From sequence record OR924452: DNA of 64,000 nucleotides. One strand, 5' to 3'. Origin of the DNA: Escherichia phage 241. This document shows, one piece after another, positions 1 to 8,897 of the stretch (its first letter is position 1; each line of letters begins with the position of its first letter). Below the pieces are notes generated by a model, which worked only from the letters and a program-made list of their open reading frames with translations, was not told the origin of the DNA and did no database searches. The translations under genes were made by a program, and so were the position numbers.

Positions 1-285
1 TGTCTTGCGACTGCCGATGCCGACTTATTAAGTGCTAAGGGGGATATCTATATCCCCGATAACCAATACAGGAACAAACAAGTTTGTGACGGTATACAGA
101 AGATGATAGACAGCGGAGTCAAAGTCGTTCTGTTTCCACCGGAAATACCGTGGAAGGATATCAATGATATGGTTCGCCCCGACAAGGGAAATATCCCGAT
201 ACGTGATCTGCTTCAGATCATAGCCAAGAACGTATATCAGGGACTGTCGGCGTCCTTACGATTTTCTGACTTGAGGAAGATATGA
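1..285 (+). CDS. 3' end of a gene starting upstream of the window; C-terminal tail (VVLFPPEIPWKDINDM) loosely resembles the end of a TOPRIM-type primase
   Basis: Frame 1 is open from nt 1 to the stop at 283-285; motif resemblance only. Confidence 0.3.
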   Translation, partial: CLATADADLLSAKGDIYIPDNQYRNKQVCDGIQKMIDSGVKVVLFPPEIPWKDINDMVRPDKGNIPIRDLLQIIAKNVYQGLSASLRFSDLRKI

Positions 286-491
286 TGGATTTAAAAGAAC
301 TGAATAGTATGGACGATGAAGAGATTCTTCGCGGGTATATGCAAGCCCGTGAAGGATATGTCCTATCTGGTTTAGAATCTAAGAGTTTCATCCATGGTTG
401 GAGGAACGGAATGGTGGACTTCGGCGGTTGTCCTATCACTGAAGAACAAATGAATTTGGCTCGCCAGTATTTGAAAAAGAAGCCGACCTAA
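282..491 (+). CDS. hypothetical protein (69 aa)
   Basis: ORF with ATGA overlap to upstream gene; followed by a terminator hairpin. Confidence 0.45.
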   Translation: MMDLKELNSMDDEEILRGYMQAREGYVLSGLESKSFIHGWRNGMVDFGGCPITEEQMNLARQYLKKKPT

Positions 492-519
492 AACTTTTTA
501 ACTCAAAAACCTCCTCTCT

Positions 520-545
520 AGGCCTCATTCTACGAGGCCTTTTAA
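520..545 (+). terminator. rho-independent terminator
   Basis: Hairpin AGGCCTC-attctac-GAGGCCT followed by TTTT. Confidence 0.55.
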
Positions 546-690
546 AATACTTCAAAAATAATTTAAAAATTTATTGAAAAAGACTTTACTCTTCAATAAT
601 CATGCACTATTATAGTTCACATAGGGCGGTACACAACACCCCGCCGAATGAAAAGTGAAACGACCCAACTACATTATGAGGAATTACATC

Positions 691-1179
691 ATGGCTACTA
701 CCAAAACTCTGATCACCAACGGCACCATCTCTTTTGAACTGAACACCGAAGTTGCAAAAGTTGAAATGTTCCGCATCGCTCAGGCAGCTGGCTTCACTGG
801 TGGCAAAACTTCCTTCATGAATCTGCTGAACGGCAAAGTGAAAGCGACCAACGGCTTCACCCTGGTAGAGCAGGTTGTCGTAGACAAAGCCGTGGTTGCC
901 AAAACTGCTGACAAGGTTGGCATGCTGAAAGACCTGGGCCATGACATCCACGTTGTCGAAGCGAACACCGAAACTTACGGCACCATCGTAGTCGGAAAAG
1001 GGCGCATTCAGCTGAACCCGCTGAACAACGGAACCTTCTCCGTGATGGTATTCCCGAAAAAGGGTTATGACAACAGTGATATCGTGAAAGCCGCTGGCGG
1101 TGAAGCGAAATCCCAGTATGTCAAAATGGGTAAACTGAGCGCCGACGCAGTAGAAACTCTGGTGAGCAAACTGGCATAA
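691..1179 (+). CDS. abundant hypothetical protein (162 aa), strongly codon-optimised
   Basis: GAGGAA Shine-Dalgarno 8 nt before ATG at 691; codon usage dominated by CTG/GGC/ACC/AAC/CGC unlike neighbouring genes; terminator directly downstream. Confidence 0.6.
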   Translation: MATTKTLITNGTISFELNTEVAKVEMFRIAQAAGFTGGKTSFMNLLNGKVKATNGFTLVEQVVVDKAVVAKTADKVGMLKDLGHDIHVVEANTETYGTIVVGKGRIQLNPLNNGTFSVMVFPKKGYDNSDIVKAAGGEAKSQYVKMGKLSADAVETLVSKLA

Positions 1180-1184
1180 GACCC

Positions 1185-1212
1185 AAGGGGAGGCAACTCC
1201 CCTCCTTATTCA
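1185..1212 (+). terminator. rho-independent terminator
   Basis: Hairpin AAGGGGAGG-caac-TCCCCTCC then TTATT. Confidence 0.5.
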
Positions 1213-1233
1213 GATTTTTGGTAGGAGATTATC

Positions 1234-1422
1234 ATGGGACGTCCGATTATCCACGCTTCAGAAGGTGCTATCTGGGTTATGACCCGCATTCCTAACGTTC
1301 ATTTCCCTCAGTTTCAAGAAGAAATCGAGCAAGCAACGCTAACGATCCTGGAAAAATACGGGTACGACACTGAAGTCCGTGAATCCTTCAACGAAATTAT
1401 GCCTGTGGTGGTTGCGCGATGA
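1234..1422 (+). CDS. hypothetical protein (62 aa)
   Basis: ORF preceded by GGTAGGAGA RBS. Confidence 0.45.
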   Translation: MGRPIIHASEGAIWVMTRIPNVHFPQFQEEIEQATLTILEKYGYDTEVRESFNEIMPVVVAR

Positions 1423-1724
1423 AACTGTCCCTCGAACAAATCGGCGAAGCAACATGCCAACTCCTGAAGGAAAAGACAGGCAAGCAGTGGAAGCATCAGT
1501 TGTTCAAAGATCACCCTGATGGCGTAGGGGCGATCATGATTGATAGCGAAGAGTCAACAGCCGTCCTCTTCTACTGGCAAGATACTGGCCGCTGGTCGGC
1601 TCAGACTTATGGTGGGAATAAGCAATCTAACTTCGTGCCTTCACCAGTGGAGGCATATGAAAGTCTGAAGAGAGGCATTCAAATGCAGATCGTTAGTCTG
1701 AACACTCTTTTGTCAACTATCTAA
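1419..1724 (+). CDS. hypothetical protein (101 aa)
   Basis: ORF with ATGA overlap to upstream gene. Confidence 0.45.
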   Translation: MKLSLEQIGEATCQLLKEKTGKQWKHQLFKDHPDGVGAIMIDSEESTAVLFYWQDTGRWSAQTYGGNKQSNFVPSPVEAYESLKRGIQMQIVSLNTLLSTI

Positions 1725-1794
1725 CATAACAGTTCCTCAAGTCAGTTCACTTTCACTTTAAATACCTCTGCAATCACTGCGGAGGTATTTTCTT

Positions 1795-2589
1795 ATGGCC
1801 ATTCTAAAACTTGGCAACCGAGGTTCTGAAGTCAAATCACTTCAGCAAAGCCTCAATAAAATCGGGTTCTCTCTTGTAGCTGATGGCATATTTGGCAAAG
1901 CGACTGAGAATGCCGTCAAATCCGTTCAGGCAGGTGCCGGACTGGTGATTGATGGTATTGCAGGTCCAAAAACCTTCTATGCTATCCGTAATGCCGGAGA
2001 CGCTCATCAGGAACATCTTACCGAAGCCGACTTAGTTGACGCAGCGCGTGAACTTGGTATCGAACTGGCCAGCATGAAAGCTGTTAACCAGGTCGAATCT
2101 CGGGGAACGGGTTTCACCAAAACAGGTAAGATCAAAACTCTGTTCGAGCGCCACATCATGTATAAGAAAGTGGCGGCTAAATTCGGACAAGCAAGAGCCA
2201 ATGCTCTGTACCAACTCTACCCAACATTGGTTAACCCCAATTCTGGTGGCTATATCGGCGGAGACGCGGAGTTGGAACGCCTTCAGGGTGCAATCGCCCT
2301 TGATGAGGACTGCGCGTACGAGAGTGCGTCCTACGGCTTATTCCAGATCATGGGGTTCAATTGCCAGATATGTGGTTATCCGAACGCCAAAGAAATGTTC
2401 ACAGATTTTCTGACTGGTGAACGTGCACATCTTCTGGCATTTGTGAAATTCATCAAAGCTGACGCCAATATGTGGAAAGCATTGAAGAACAAAAATTGGG
2501 CCGAGTTCGCCCGTCGGTACAATGGTCCAGCATATGCCAAGAACCAGTATGACACCAAACTAGCGGCGGCATACAAGAGTTTCTGTTAA
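1795..2589 (+). CDS. endolysin: N-terminal peptidoglycan-binding domain plus C-terminal N-acetylmuramidase-type domain
   Basis: N-terminus GSEVKSLQQSLNKIGF...DGIFGKATENAV...DGIAGPKT is a PG_binding_1-type repeat; C-terminus contains YGLFQIMGFN typical of the phage muramidase family; GGAGG RBS. Confidence 0.8.
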   Translation: MAILKLGNRGSEVKSLQQSLNKIGFSLVADGIFGKATENAVKSVQAGAGLVIDGIAGPKTFYAIRNAGDAHQEHLTEADLVDAARELGIELASMKAVNQVESRGTGFTKTGKIKTLFERHIMYKKVAAKFGQARANALYQLYPTLVNPNSGGYIGGDAELERLQGAIALDEDCAYESASYGLFQIMGFNCQICGYPNAKEMFTDFLTGERAHLLAFVKFIKADANMWKALKNKNWAEFARRYNGPAYAKNQYDTKLAAAYKSFC

Positions 2590-2590
2590 C

Positions 2591-2617
2591 AAAAGGCCGG
2601 AAACGGCCTTTTTCTTT
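2591..2617 (+). terminator. rho-independent terminator
   Basis: AAAAGGCCGG-aaa-CGGCCTTTTTC. Confidence 0.6.
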
Positions 2618-2694
2618 ATCTAACATACAGGTATGCTGGGCGCGTCGCTTAATTAAAGGTGTCGACAACCCCTGTAGATATAGGAAGGTTCAAC

Positions 2695-3534
2695 ATGCAA
2701 TCTGCGTCTAAAGTTGTATCCATGAAGCCAGCGAAGACAAAATCTGCTCGTAAGAAAGACACCATCCAGAAGGAAGAAGACTGGATGAAGTTTTCCAAAG
2801 GCGATTTCAAAATTGCTCCGTTCAATGGCCTCTCAGAAAATCAGAACCTCGCATATCAATCCGCACTCAATGAACATCTCACCATCGCTATCGGTCCGGC
2901 AGGTACAGGCAAATCCTATTGTGGTGCGTCCGCTGCTGCCAAGCATCTGATTGACAAAACCATCAACAAGATTATCATCACGCGTTCTCCTTTACCGACT
3001 GGAACCACAGCGGGGTTCCGGCCTGGTGACACATATGAAAAGCTGATGCCTTATTTGATGCCGCTCATACAGACATTCAAAAAGGTTCTCAAAACAGATA
3101 CGGGTTCCGACGGTTTCTTCAACTATCTGTGGGAGAAACGCATCATAGAAATTCAAGACCTTGAAACTGTGAAGGGGATGACTTTCGATGATTGTTTCCT
3201 GATTATCGAAGAGGCGCAGGAATGCGATATGGAGCAACTGAAAAACTTATTGACTCGTGCTTCAGATTCTTCGTACATCTTCGTAAATGGAGATATCAAA
3301 CAGTCTAACAAGCGACTGCGTGATAGTGCGTTACAGACGTATGTGGATTCCTTTAAAGACTTCAACAACAAGCTGGAAACAGGTTCTTTGCAAATTGACG
3401 GTGTAGAAATCGGAGATGAATATCCTGAGTGGGTTCAGCCATTCAGCATCATCGAATTCGATAAGTCTGATCGTAATGGTCGCGGTAACTTCACCCGCCT
3501 GATGTTAGAAATTAACGACCTGTACAACATTTAA
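2695..3534 (+). CDS. phoH: PhoH-like ATPase
   Basis: Walker A AIGPAGTGKSY and overall PhoH-like architecture; start moved to ATG at 2695 with AGGAAGG RBS (the track start at 2659 is GTG). Confidence 0.8.
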   Translation: MQSASKVVSMKPAKTKSARKKDTIQKEEDWMKFSKGDFKIAPFNGLSENQNLAYQSALNEHLTIAIGPAGTGKSYCGASAAAKHLIDKTINKIIITRSPLPTGTTAGFRPGDTYEKLMPYLMPLIQTFKKVLKTDTGSDGFFNYLWEKRIIEIQDLETVKGMTFDDCFLIIEEAQECDMEQLKNLLTRASDSSYIFVNGDIKQSNKRLRDSALQTYVDSFKDFNNKLETGSLQIDGVEIGDEYPEWVQPFSIIEFDKSDRNGRGNFTRLMLEINDLYNI

Positions 3535-3618
3535 ATACCACACGAACTTCCCCGTCGCCTTCAATCCATGGAGGCGACGTATAATAACAGCCTGCATTAA
3601 CACAAACCGAGGATCGCT

Positions 3619-5901
3619 ATGATTAACATCATAAAGCGGGACGGATCTTCTGTCCCCTTTGACATTGAAAAACTCCACACTGTTCTTGAACGTGCCTGTG
3701 AAGGATTAGAAGGAGTTTCGGTGTCTGAGGTGGAAGCAGCATCGAAGATTCAGTTCACAGACAATATGAAAACCGAACGCATTCAGGATATTATCATCCA
3801 AGCGGCGGCTACATTGATTTCTGTAGAAAAACCCAACTACCAATATGTTGCTGCCCGCCTGAAATCGTATGACCTGCGCAAAGTCGTCTATGGGCGATAC
3901 AAGCCACCTCACTTGCTTGATATATTCGCTAAAAACATCAAGCAGGGCGTTTATGATCGTGAATTCCTCGAACTCTATACGAAAGAAGAATTTGAAGAAC
4001 TGAACACGGTCATCAATCACAAACGCGACAAGAATTTTACTTGGGCGGCTATGGGCCAGCTCACGCAAAAATATCTTTTGCGCGATCGCTCAGCAGACAG
4101 CAAAGTATATTACGAAACGCCTCAAGTCATGTATATGGCGATCGCGATGGCTCTGTTCTCTGCATGGGGCAAAGAAACTCGCCTGACGATGGTGAAGAAA
4201 TTTTATGAATACGCCAGCACAGGTAAATTCAGTCTTCCAACGCCCATCATGTCCGGCGTTCGTACCCCAACCCGCCAATTCAGTTCTTGTGTTCTTATCA
4301 AAACTGGTGACACTTTGGACTCAATCAATGCTACAGCCAAAAGTATTGTTGATTATGTATCCAAACGCGCTGGGATCGGATTTGATGTCGGAGCAATTCG
4401 CGGCATCGGTAGCCCTATCCGAAAAGGCGAAATGGTGCACACAGGCCTGGTTCCTTTCATCAAATATCTGACTGGGGCATTAAAGTCTTGCTCTCAAGGC
4501 GGTATTCGTGGCGGATCAGCAACTTGCTATATCCCTATCTGGCATTATCAATTTGATGATGTTGTGGTCCTGAAGAATAACCGTGGTCTTGAAGAGAACC
4601 GTGAACGCCGTATCGACTACGGTATTCAGATCAACCGTGTCATGTTCGAACGTCTGGTGAACAAACAACCCCTGTATTTGTTCGATCCGAAAGACAACCG
4701 CGATATGTACGAAGCGTTTTTCGCAGATGTCGATAAGTTCCGTACCCTGTACGACAACATGGTCAAAGCTGCTGATGCTGGTTTGGTTCGTGCCAAGAAG
4801 ATGAATGCGGAAGAAGTATTCCAGATGTTGTTGGATCAGCGTTCAGATACAGGCCGCATCTACATCGCGTTTGTCGACCACATGAACCAGTACAGCCCAT
4901 TCAATCTAGACACAATCTATAGTTCTAATCTGTGTCTGGAGATTGCGCTTCCTACTCGTGAATTCCAACAGTACGACGATGAAGAAGGTCGGATCGCTCT
5001 GTGTACTTTGGCCTCTTTTAACCTGACGGCGTTTGAAGACCCGACAGAAATGGAAGACGTTGCATATGTCTTGGTTTCGGCTTTGGATATGCTGCTGGAA
5101 TACCAAGATTATCCAGCACGTCAAGCCCGTCTGGCTGTGGAAGAATATCGTCCTCTGGGTATCGGTGTCGTCAACGTTGCACATTTCTTCGCCAAGAACT
5201 TCACGGGGTATGGATCTCCTGTTGGGTTAGAACTCCTGGACAAGTGGATGGCGCACCTGCATTTCTATCTGGTAAAGGCTTCGAATCGTCTGGCCATGAA
5301 GTTTGGGGCATGTAAGAAGGAAACCATTCATCGTTCTGGTAAGATAACAGCCGACCTTCAACCGTTGCCGCTGGATATCCTCCCCAATGGTAAAAAGCCG
5401 GAAGGTATGGCATACGGCCTTGACTGGGACGGTTTGAAAGACTCTCTGCGTTACCATGGTATCCGCAATGCTACTCTCTTGGCGATAGCACCAACTGAAA
5501 GCTCCTCTCAGGTGCTGAACGCCACGAATGGTATAGAGCCACCCAAAGGCCTCATCAGTATCAAAGGCAGCAAGGATGGCGTTTACAAGCAGATCGTTCC
5601 GGACGTTGAAACCCTTGGTCCTCTATATGACCTGAAATGGAATCTGTCTTGTATCGACTATTTGAAAACAGCGGCGGTCGCCCAGCGTTGGGTAGACCAA
5701 TCCATCAGCGTTAATACACATTATGATCCAGAGAAATTCCCAGACGGGAAGATCCCGCGCTCTCTCATGATGCAGGATATTCTGTCTTTCTACATGTGGG
5801 GTGGTAAAACTCTGTATTACAACACCAACAAAGACTCTAAGGAAGATGAAGAGTTGAAACAAATTGAAGATCCGAATCACTGTGACACCTGTGTTGTCTG
5901 A
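3619..5901 (+). CDS. nrdA: ribonucleoside-diphosphate reductase large subunit (class Ia, N-terminal ATP-cone)
   Basis: 760 aa; N-terminal INIIKRDGSSVPFDIEKL ATP-cone; global resemblance to T4/E. coli NrdA including the YQYVAAR region. Confidence 0.9.
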   Translation: MINIIKRDGSSVPFDIEKLHTVLERACEGLEGVSVSEVEAASKIQFTDNMKTERIQDIIIQAAATLISVEKPNYQYVAARLKSYDLRKVVYGRYKPPHLLDIFAKNIKQGVYDREFLELYTKEEFEELNTVINHKRDKNFTWAAMGQLTQKYLLRDRSADSKVYYETPQVMYMAIAMALFSAWGKETRLTMVKKFYEYASTGKFSLPTPIMSGVRTPTRQFSSCVLIKTGDTLDSINATAKSIVDYVSKRAGIGFDVGAIRGIGSPIRKGEMVHTGLVPFIKYLTGALKSCSQGGIRGGSATCYIPIWHYQFDDVVVLKNNRGLEENRERRIDYGIQINRVMFERLVNKQPLYLFDPKDNRDMYEAFFADVDKFRTLYDNMVKAADAGLVRAKKMNAEEVFQMLLDQRSDTGRIYIAFVDHMNQYSPFNLDTIYSSNLCLEIALPTREFQQYDDEEGRIALCTLASFNLTAFEDPTEMEDVAYVLVSALDMLLEYQDYPARQARLAVEEYRPLGIGVVNVAHFFAKNFTGYGSPVGLELLDKWMAHLHFYLVKASNRLAMKFGACKKETIHRSGKITADLQPLPLDILPNGKKPEGMAYGLDWDGLKDSLRYHGIRNATLLAIAPTESSSQVLNATNGIEPPKGLISIKGSKDGVYKQIVPDVETLGPLYDLKWNLSCIDYLKTAAVAQRWVDQSISVNTHYDPEKFPDGKIPRSLMMQDILSFYMWGGKTLYYNTNKDSKEDEELKQIEDPNHCDTCVV

Positions 5902-5932
5902 TTAGGTCTATACCACACAATCGTTTAATATC

Positions 5933-5957
5933 AGGGGTGATTCGTCACCCCTTATTC
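5933..5957 (+). terminator. hairpin between nrdA and nrdB (possible attenuator)
   Basis: GGGGTGA-ttcg-TCACCCC followed by TTATTC; weak U-tract. Confidence 0.35.
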
Positions 5958-5971
5958 ATCAGGAAAGAAAC

Positions 5972-7075
5972 ATGAACGAACAAAAGCAATTCTCAGTATT
6001 CGATCCATCTTCAAATAATGCAGGACTGCCATTCTTTGGCGACCCTGTAAGTATCCAGCGTTATGACAAAGTGGCTTGGCCTTTTGTTCAAAAATGGTAT
6101 GAAAAAGGCCTCAGCCAATTCTGGCGTCCGGAAGAAGTGGATGTCACCAAAGACAAAGCGGACTTTGCCACTCTATCCGCTGCGGAACAACACATCTACT
6201 TCAGCAACCTGAAACGCCAAACCATGCTGGACTCTATTCAGGGCGCTGCTCCGTTCGAAGCGTTTGGCCCGTGGGCATCAACACCAGAAGCGCAATTTGC
6301 TATTCTGGAATGGACGCGCCAAGAAGCCATCCACTCACTATCTTACACGCATATCCTTCGTAACACAGTGAATGATCCTGGTATCGTTTTTGACCATGTT
6401 CTGGACGTTCAGGAGATCGTCGATTGCGCCGGACAGATCAGCGTATACTACGACGACATGGTGCGTTACAGCGGGATGCGTATGGCTGGACGCGCGTTCA
6501 CCCGTGAAGACATCATGAACGCCAAGCGTGCATTCTGGCGTGCTCTGTTTGCTGCTAACTCCCTCGAAGGCGTCCGTTTCTATGTTTCATTTGCGTGTTC
6601 TTGGGCATTCATGCAATTCCTCAACAAAATGGAAGGCAATGCCAAGATTATTCGCCAGATCGCTCGTGACGAGCAAGATCACCTCATTCTGACACAGACT
6701 TTCCTGAATCGTCTTCCGTTGTTAGACCCTGATTTTGGTATCATCCGTGAAGAACTGCGTGGCGAAATGACTCAGATGTATGTGGATGTGGTCAACCAAG
6801 AGAAAGAGTGGGCGAACTATCTGTTCAAAGACGGATCCATGCTGGGTCTGAACGCAAATATCTTACACCAAATGGTTGATTGGCTAGCAACACATCGTAT
6901 GGGCGCGATTGGCCACCCGTACCCTGGGCAAGCCCGTAAAGACAATCCGGTTCCATGGATAAATGAGTGGCTAGATAATAAAACAATGCAATACGCATTA
7001 CAGGAAGCGGAAGCCCCTGATTATCTGACTGGTGTCCTTACTGGATCAGTCTCCGACGGTCTGAAATTTGTTTAA
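5972..7075 (+). CDS. nrdB: ribonucleoside-diphosphate reductase small subunit
   Basis: 367 aa; FWRPEEV motif and di-iron ligand pattern typical of NrdB. Confidence 0.9.
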   Translation: MNEQKQFSVFDPSSNNAGLPFFGDPVSIQRYDKVAWPFVQKWYEKGLSQFWRPEEVDVTKDKADFATLSAAEQHIYFSNLKRQTMLDSIQGAAPFEAFGPWASTPEAQFAILEWTRQEAIHSLSYTHILRNTVNDPGIVFDHVLDVQEIVDCAGQISVYYDDMVRYSGMRMAGRAFTREDIMNAKRAFWRALFAANSLEGVRFYVSFACSWAFMQFLNKMEGNAKIIRQIARDEQDHLILTQTFLNRLPLLDPDFGIIREELRGEMTQMYVDVVNQEKEWANYLFKDGSMLGLNANILHQMVDWLATHRMGAIGHPYPGQARKDNPVPWINEWLDNKTMQYALQEAEAPDYLTGVLTGSVSDGLKFV

Positions 7076-7084
7076 AGGTGAGAA

Positions 7085-7309
7085 ATGATTACGATCTATT
7101 CCAAACAAGGTTGTGCGCAGTGTTTACAAGCCGAAAACATCTGCCGCATTCGCGGTATTGAACACAAGATTCTGAAACTTGATAAAGATTACAAGCTGGA
7201 AGAATTACAGAAAATCACTGGTAAACAGCGCATGTCTATGCCCGTGATTGTCCTGGCTGATCAAACCGTGACCGATGTTACTGGACTCGCCGCAAGTTTA
7301 AAACGTTGA
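7085..7309 (+). CDS. glutaredoxin-like redoxin (NrdH/NrdC-type electron donor for RNR)
   Basis: 74 aa, CAQC active-site motif near the N-terminus, immediately downstream of nrdAB. Confidence 0.7.
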   Translation: MITIYSKQGCAQCLQAENICRIRGIEHKILKLDKDYKLEELQKITGKQRMSMPVIVLADQTVTDVTGLAASLKR

Positions 7310-7315
7310 TATTTC

Positions 7316-7345
7316 AAAGCCCCTGATCTAGGGGCTTTACTTTTG
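7316..7345 (+). terminator. rho-independent terminator
   Basis: AAAGCCCCTGATCTAGGGGCTTT followed by a T-rich tract. Confidence 0.6.
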
Positions 7346-7415
7346 AAACCTTCCCGCCTATACTTCCCAGTAATTCATTGGCAAACGCCACAAATTGAAC
7401 AGCAGGTACTATATC

Positions 7416-7649
7416 ATGACCAATTCTGAAATATATCATGCTTCTATGCATTATCATGACCTACGCGCCCGTCCAGGACACGCCAAACAAAAAGCATTCT
7501 GGGTGGCAGAACTCAGATTACGCCGTGCCGTCGTTAACCACCAAATAATCATGAATCGGAAAAACGACAAATCACCGTTGTTGGCAGATTCTTATCTTGA
7601 ACTCCGCACGGCCTATGAACAAGCCAAACAGCACGTAATAGGAGCATAA
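7416..7649 (+). CDS. hypothetical protein (77 aa)
   Basis: ORF; track start at 7395 is TTG, first ATG is 7416; no strong RBS. Confidence 0.4.
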   Translation: MTNSEIYHASMHYHDLRARPGHAKQKAFWVAELRLRRAVVNHQIIMNRKNDKSPLLADSYLELRTAYEQAKQHVIGA

Positions 7650-7650
7650 T

Positions 7651-8112
7651 ATGTCCAACAAATTACTCACCAACCCCCGCCACAACTTTGGTTATATCCA
7701 ATTACCAGAAGTGATAGACACGTTGTTTGCTGAAGACAAGGAAGAAGTTTGTTGGGCACCAGCGACCCTTATTGAACGCGAAATTTTCAAATCTGAAGTA
7801 GACGTGATGTTCCGCATCGGTTCATCCGGAGACCTTCATTATTTGGGGAAAGTGACCGAGTTAAAGACCTGCCATGCTCAAAGATTTTTGCGCATTGACA
7901 CCACTCAATGTGAAGACATTTCATTCAGCATTCTGCGTGAATATGTTCAGGTCAACCGTCCTGTGTATCAACACCGTCCTTATTTGACGTCGATGCATAT
8001 AGACAATTATATTTCCGACATTCATTTACGTGCATCAACTATCCATGAAGAAGATTCTGGTATCGCGGTTGATACAGTACTCAATATGATCGTCATTACT
8101 TTGGTGCCGTGA
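7651..8112 (+). CDS. hypothetical protein (153 aa)
   Basis: ORF with GGAG RBS. Confidence 0.5.
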   Translation: MSNKLLTNPRHNFGYIQLPEVIDTLFAEDKEEVCWAPATLIEREIFKSEVDVMFRIGSSGDLHYLGKVTELKTCHAQRFLRIDTTQCEDISFSILREYVQVNRPVYQHRPYLTSMHIDNYISDIHLRASTIHEEDSGIAVDTVLNMIVITLVP

Positions 8113-8113
8113 T

Positions 8114-8452
8114 ATGTACAAATTCCCGATATTAGAAACAGTGTACTCTGTTCACAAAAAGGAAGGTCCATTATTTGAAAATTTGGATATTCTGTTAAAG
8201 GAAAATGTCCGTATCCCTCTGGTTCTAAAGGGAAAGCAAATAGGATATAGCCATGACTGCCAAATAATGCGTTCTGAAGGCACCGACGTCTTACGCATCC
8301 GTCTAACATTTGTGTTGACAGGTAATCTGGACGGTATGGTGGTTAATCTGAAACCAACCACCATAGTCCACAGAACGGGTGGGAAAATATTATATCGTTT
8401 ATTAACTCATTTTGAGTTGGTGACAAAATGCTCTGCCACGGACGTTCTTTAA
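8114..8452 (+). CDS. hypothetical protein (112 aa)
   Basis: ORF immediately after the upstream stop. Confidence 0.45.
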   Translation: MYKFPILETVYSVHKKEGPLFENLDILLKENVRIPLVLKGKQIGYSHDCQIMRSEGTDVLRIRLTFVLTGNLDGMVVNLKPTTIVHRTGGKILYRLLTHFELVTKCSATDVL

Positions 8453-8833
8453 TCAATTTGTCCGTTTCAACCATATGGTGTCTGTTATCGGCTCTGGGTT
8501 GTTGACCACATAAAACGTTATGGTTACACCCAGAGAATGATAATCTTCAGACAATGACACATCAACTGATTGTATCTCCGCTCTCGGTTCAAATAAAGCA
8601 ATCGCGTCTTCAACTTTGTTTTTAACATCAACCTGAATTGTGGGATTCGTATTTTCCCCCAGCATGGTATACAGCCCAGCCCCGATACTTGGGTATGTCG
8701 GCCAATCCCCAACTGTTGTCATCACGATATTTCGTACGGATTGCAACACGGCATAGACACCTGTTTTCTTTGTGACATCTTTGGTGACCGGATGCATGCC
8801 AAACTTCAGGTCAATGTCCTTGTACTCTTTCAT
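8453..8833 (-). CDS. 25: baseplate wedge protein, gp25/GPW family
   Basis: About 127 aa; pattern DIDL...IVMTTVGDWPTYPSIGAGLYTMLGEN parallels T4 gp25 (..IITTRKGSRPFDPEFGCDLSDQLFEN..); AAAGGGG RBS before ATG at 8833. Confidence 0.7.
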   Translation of the reverse strand: MKEYKDIDLKFGMHPVTKDVTKKTGVYAVLQSVRNIVMTTVGDWPTYPSIGAGLYTMLGENTNPTIQVDVKNKVEDAIALFEPRAEIQSVDVSLSEDYHSLGVTITFYVVNNPEPITDTIWLKRTN

Positions 8834-8897
8834 GTTAAACCCCTTTGGATATTGCCTCTCCGGCACGAGAGGGCATTATCTACCCTCGCCAGTGTAA

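Noticed and set aside
655-1179. Longer form of the abundant protein starting at ATG 655 (MKRPNYIMRNYIM...)
   Set aside because: The GAGGAA Shine-Dalgarno sits 8 nt before the internal ATG at 691, and the upstream residues are coded by promoter-like A/T-rich sequence.
2659-2694. GTG start for phoH at 2659
   Set aside because: An ATG with a good AGGAAGG RBS lies at 2695; the upstream extension has no RBS.
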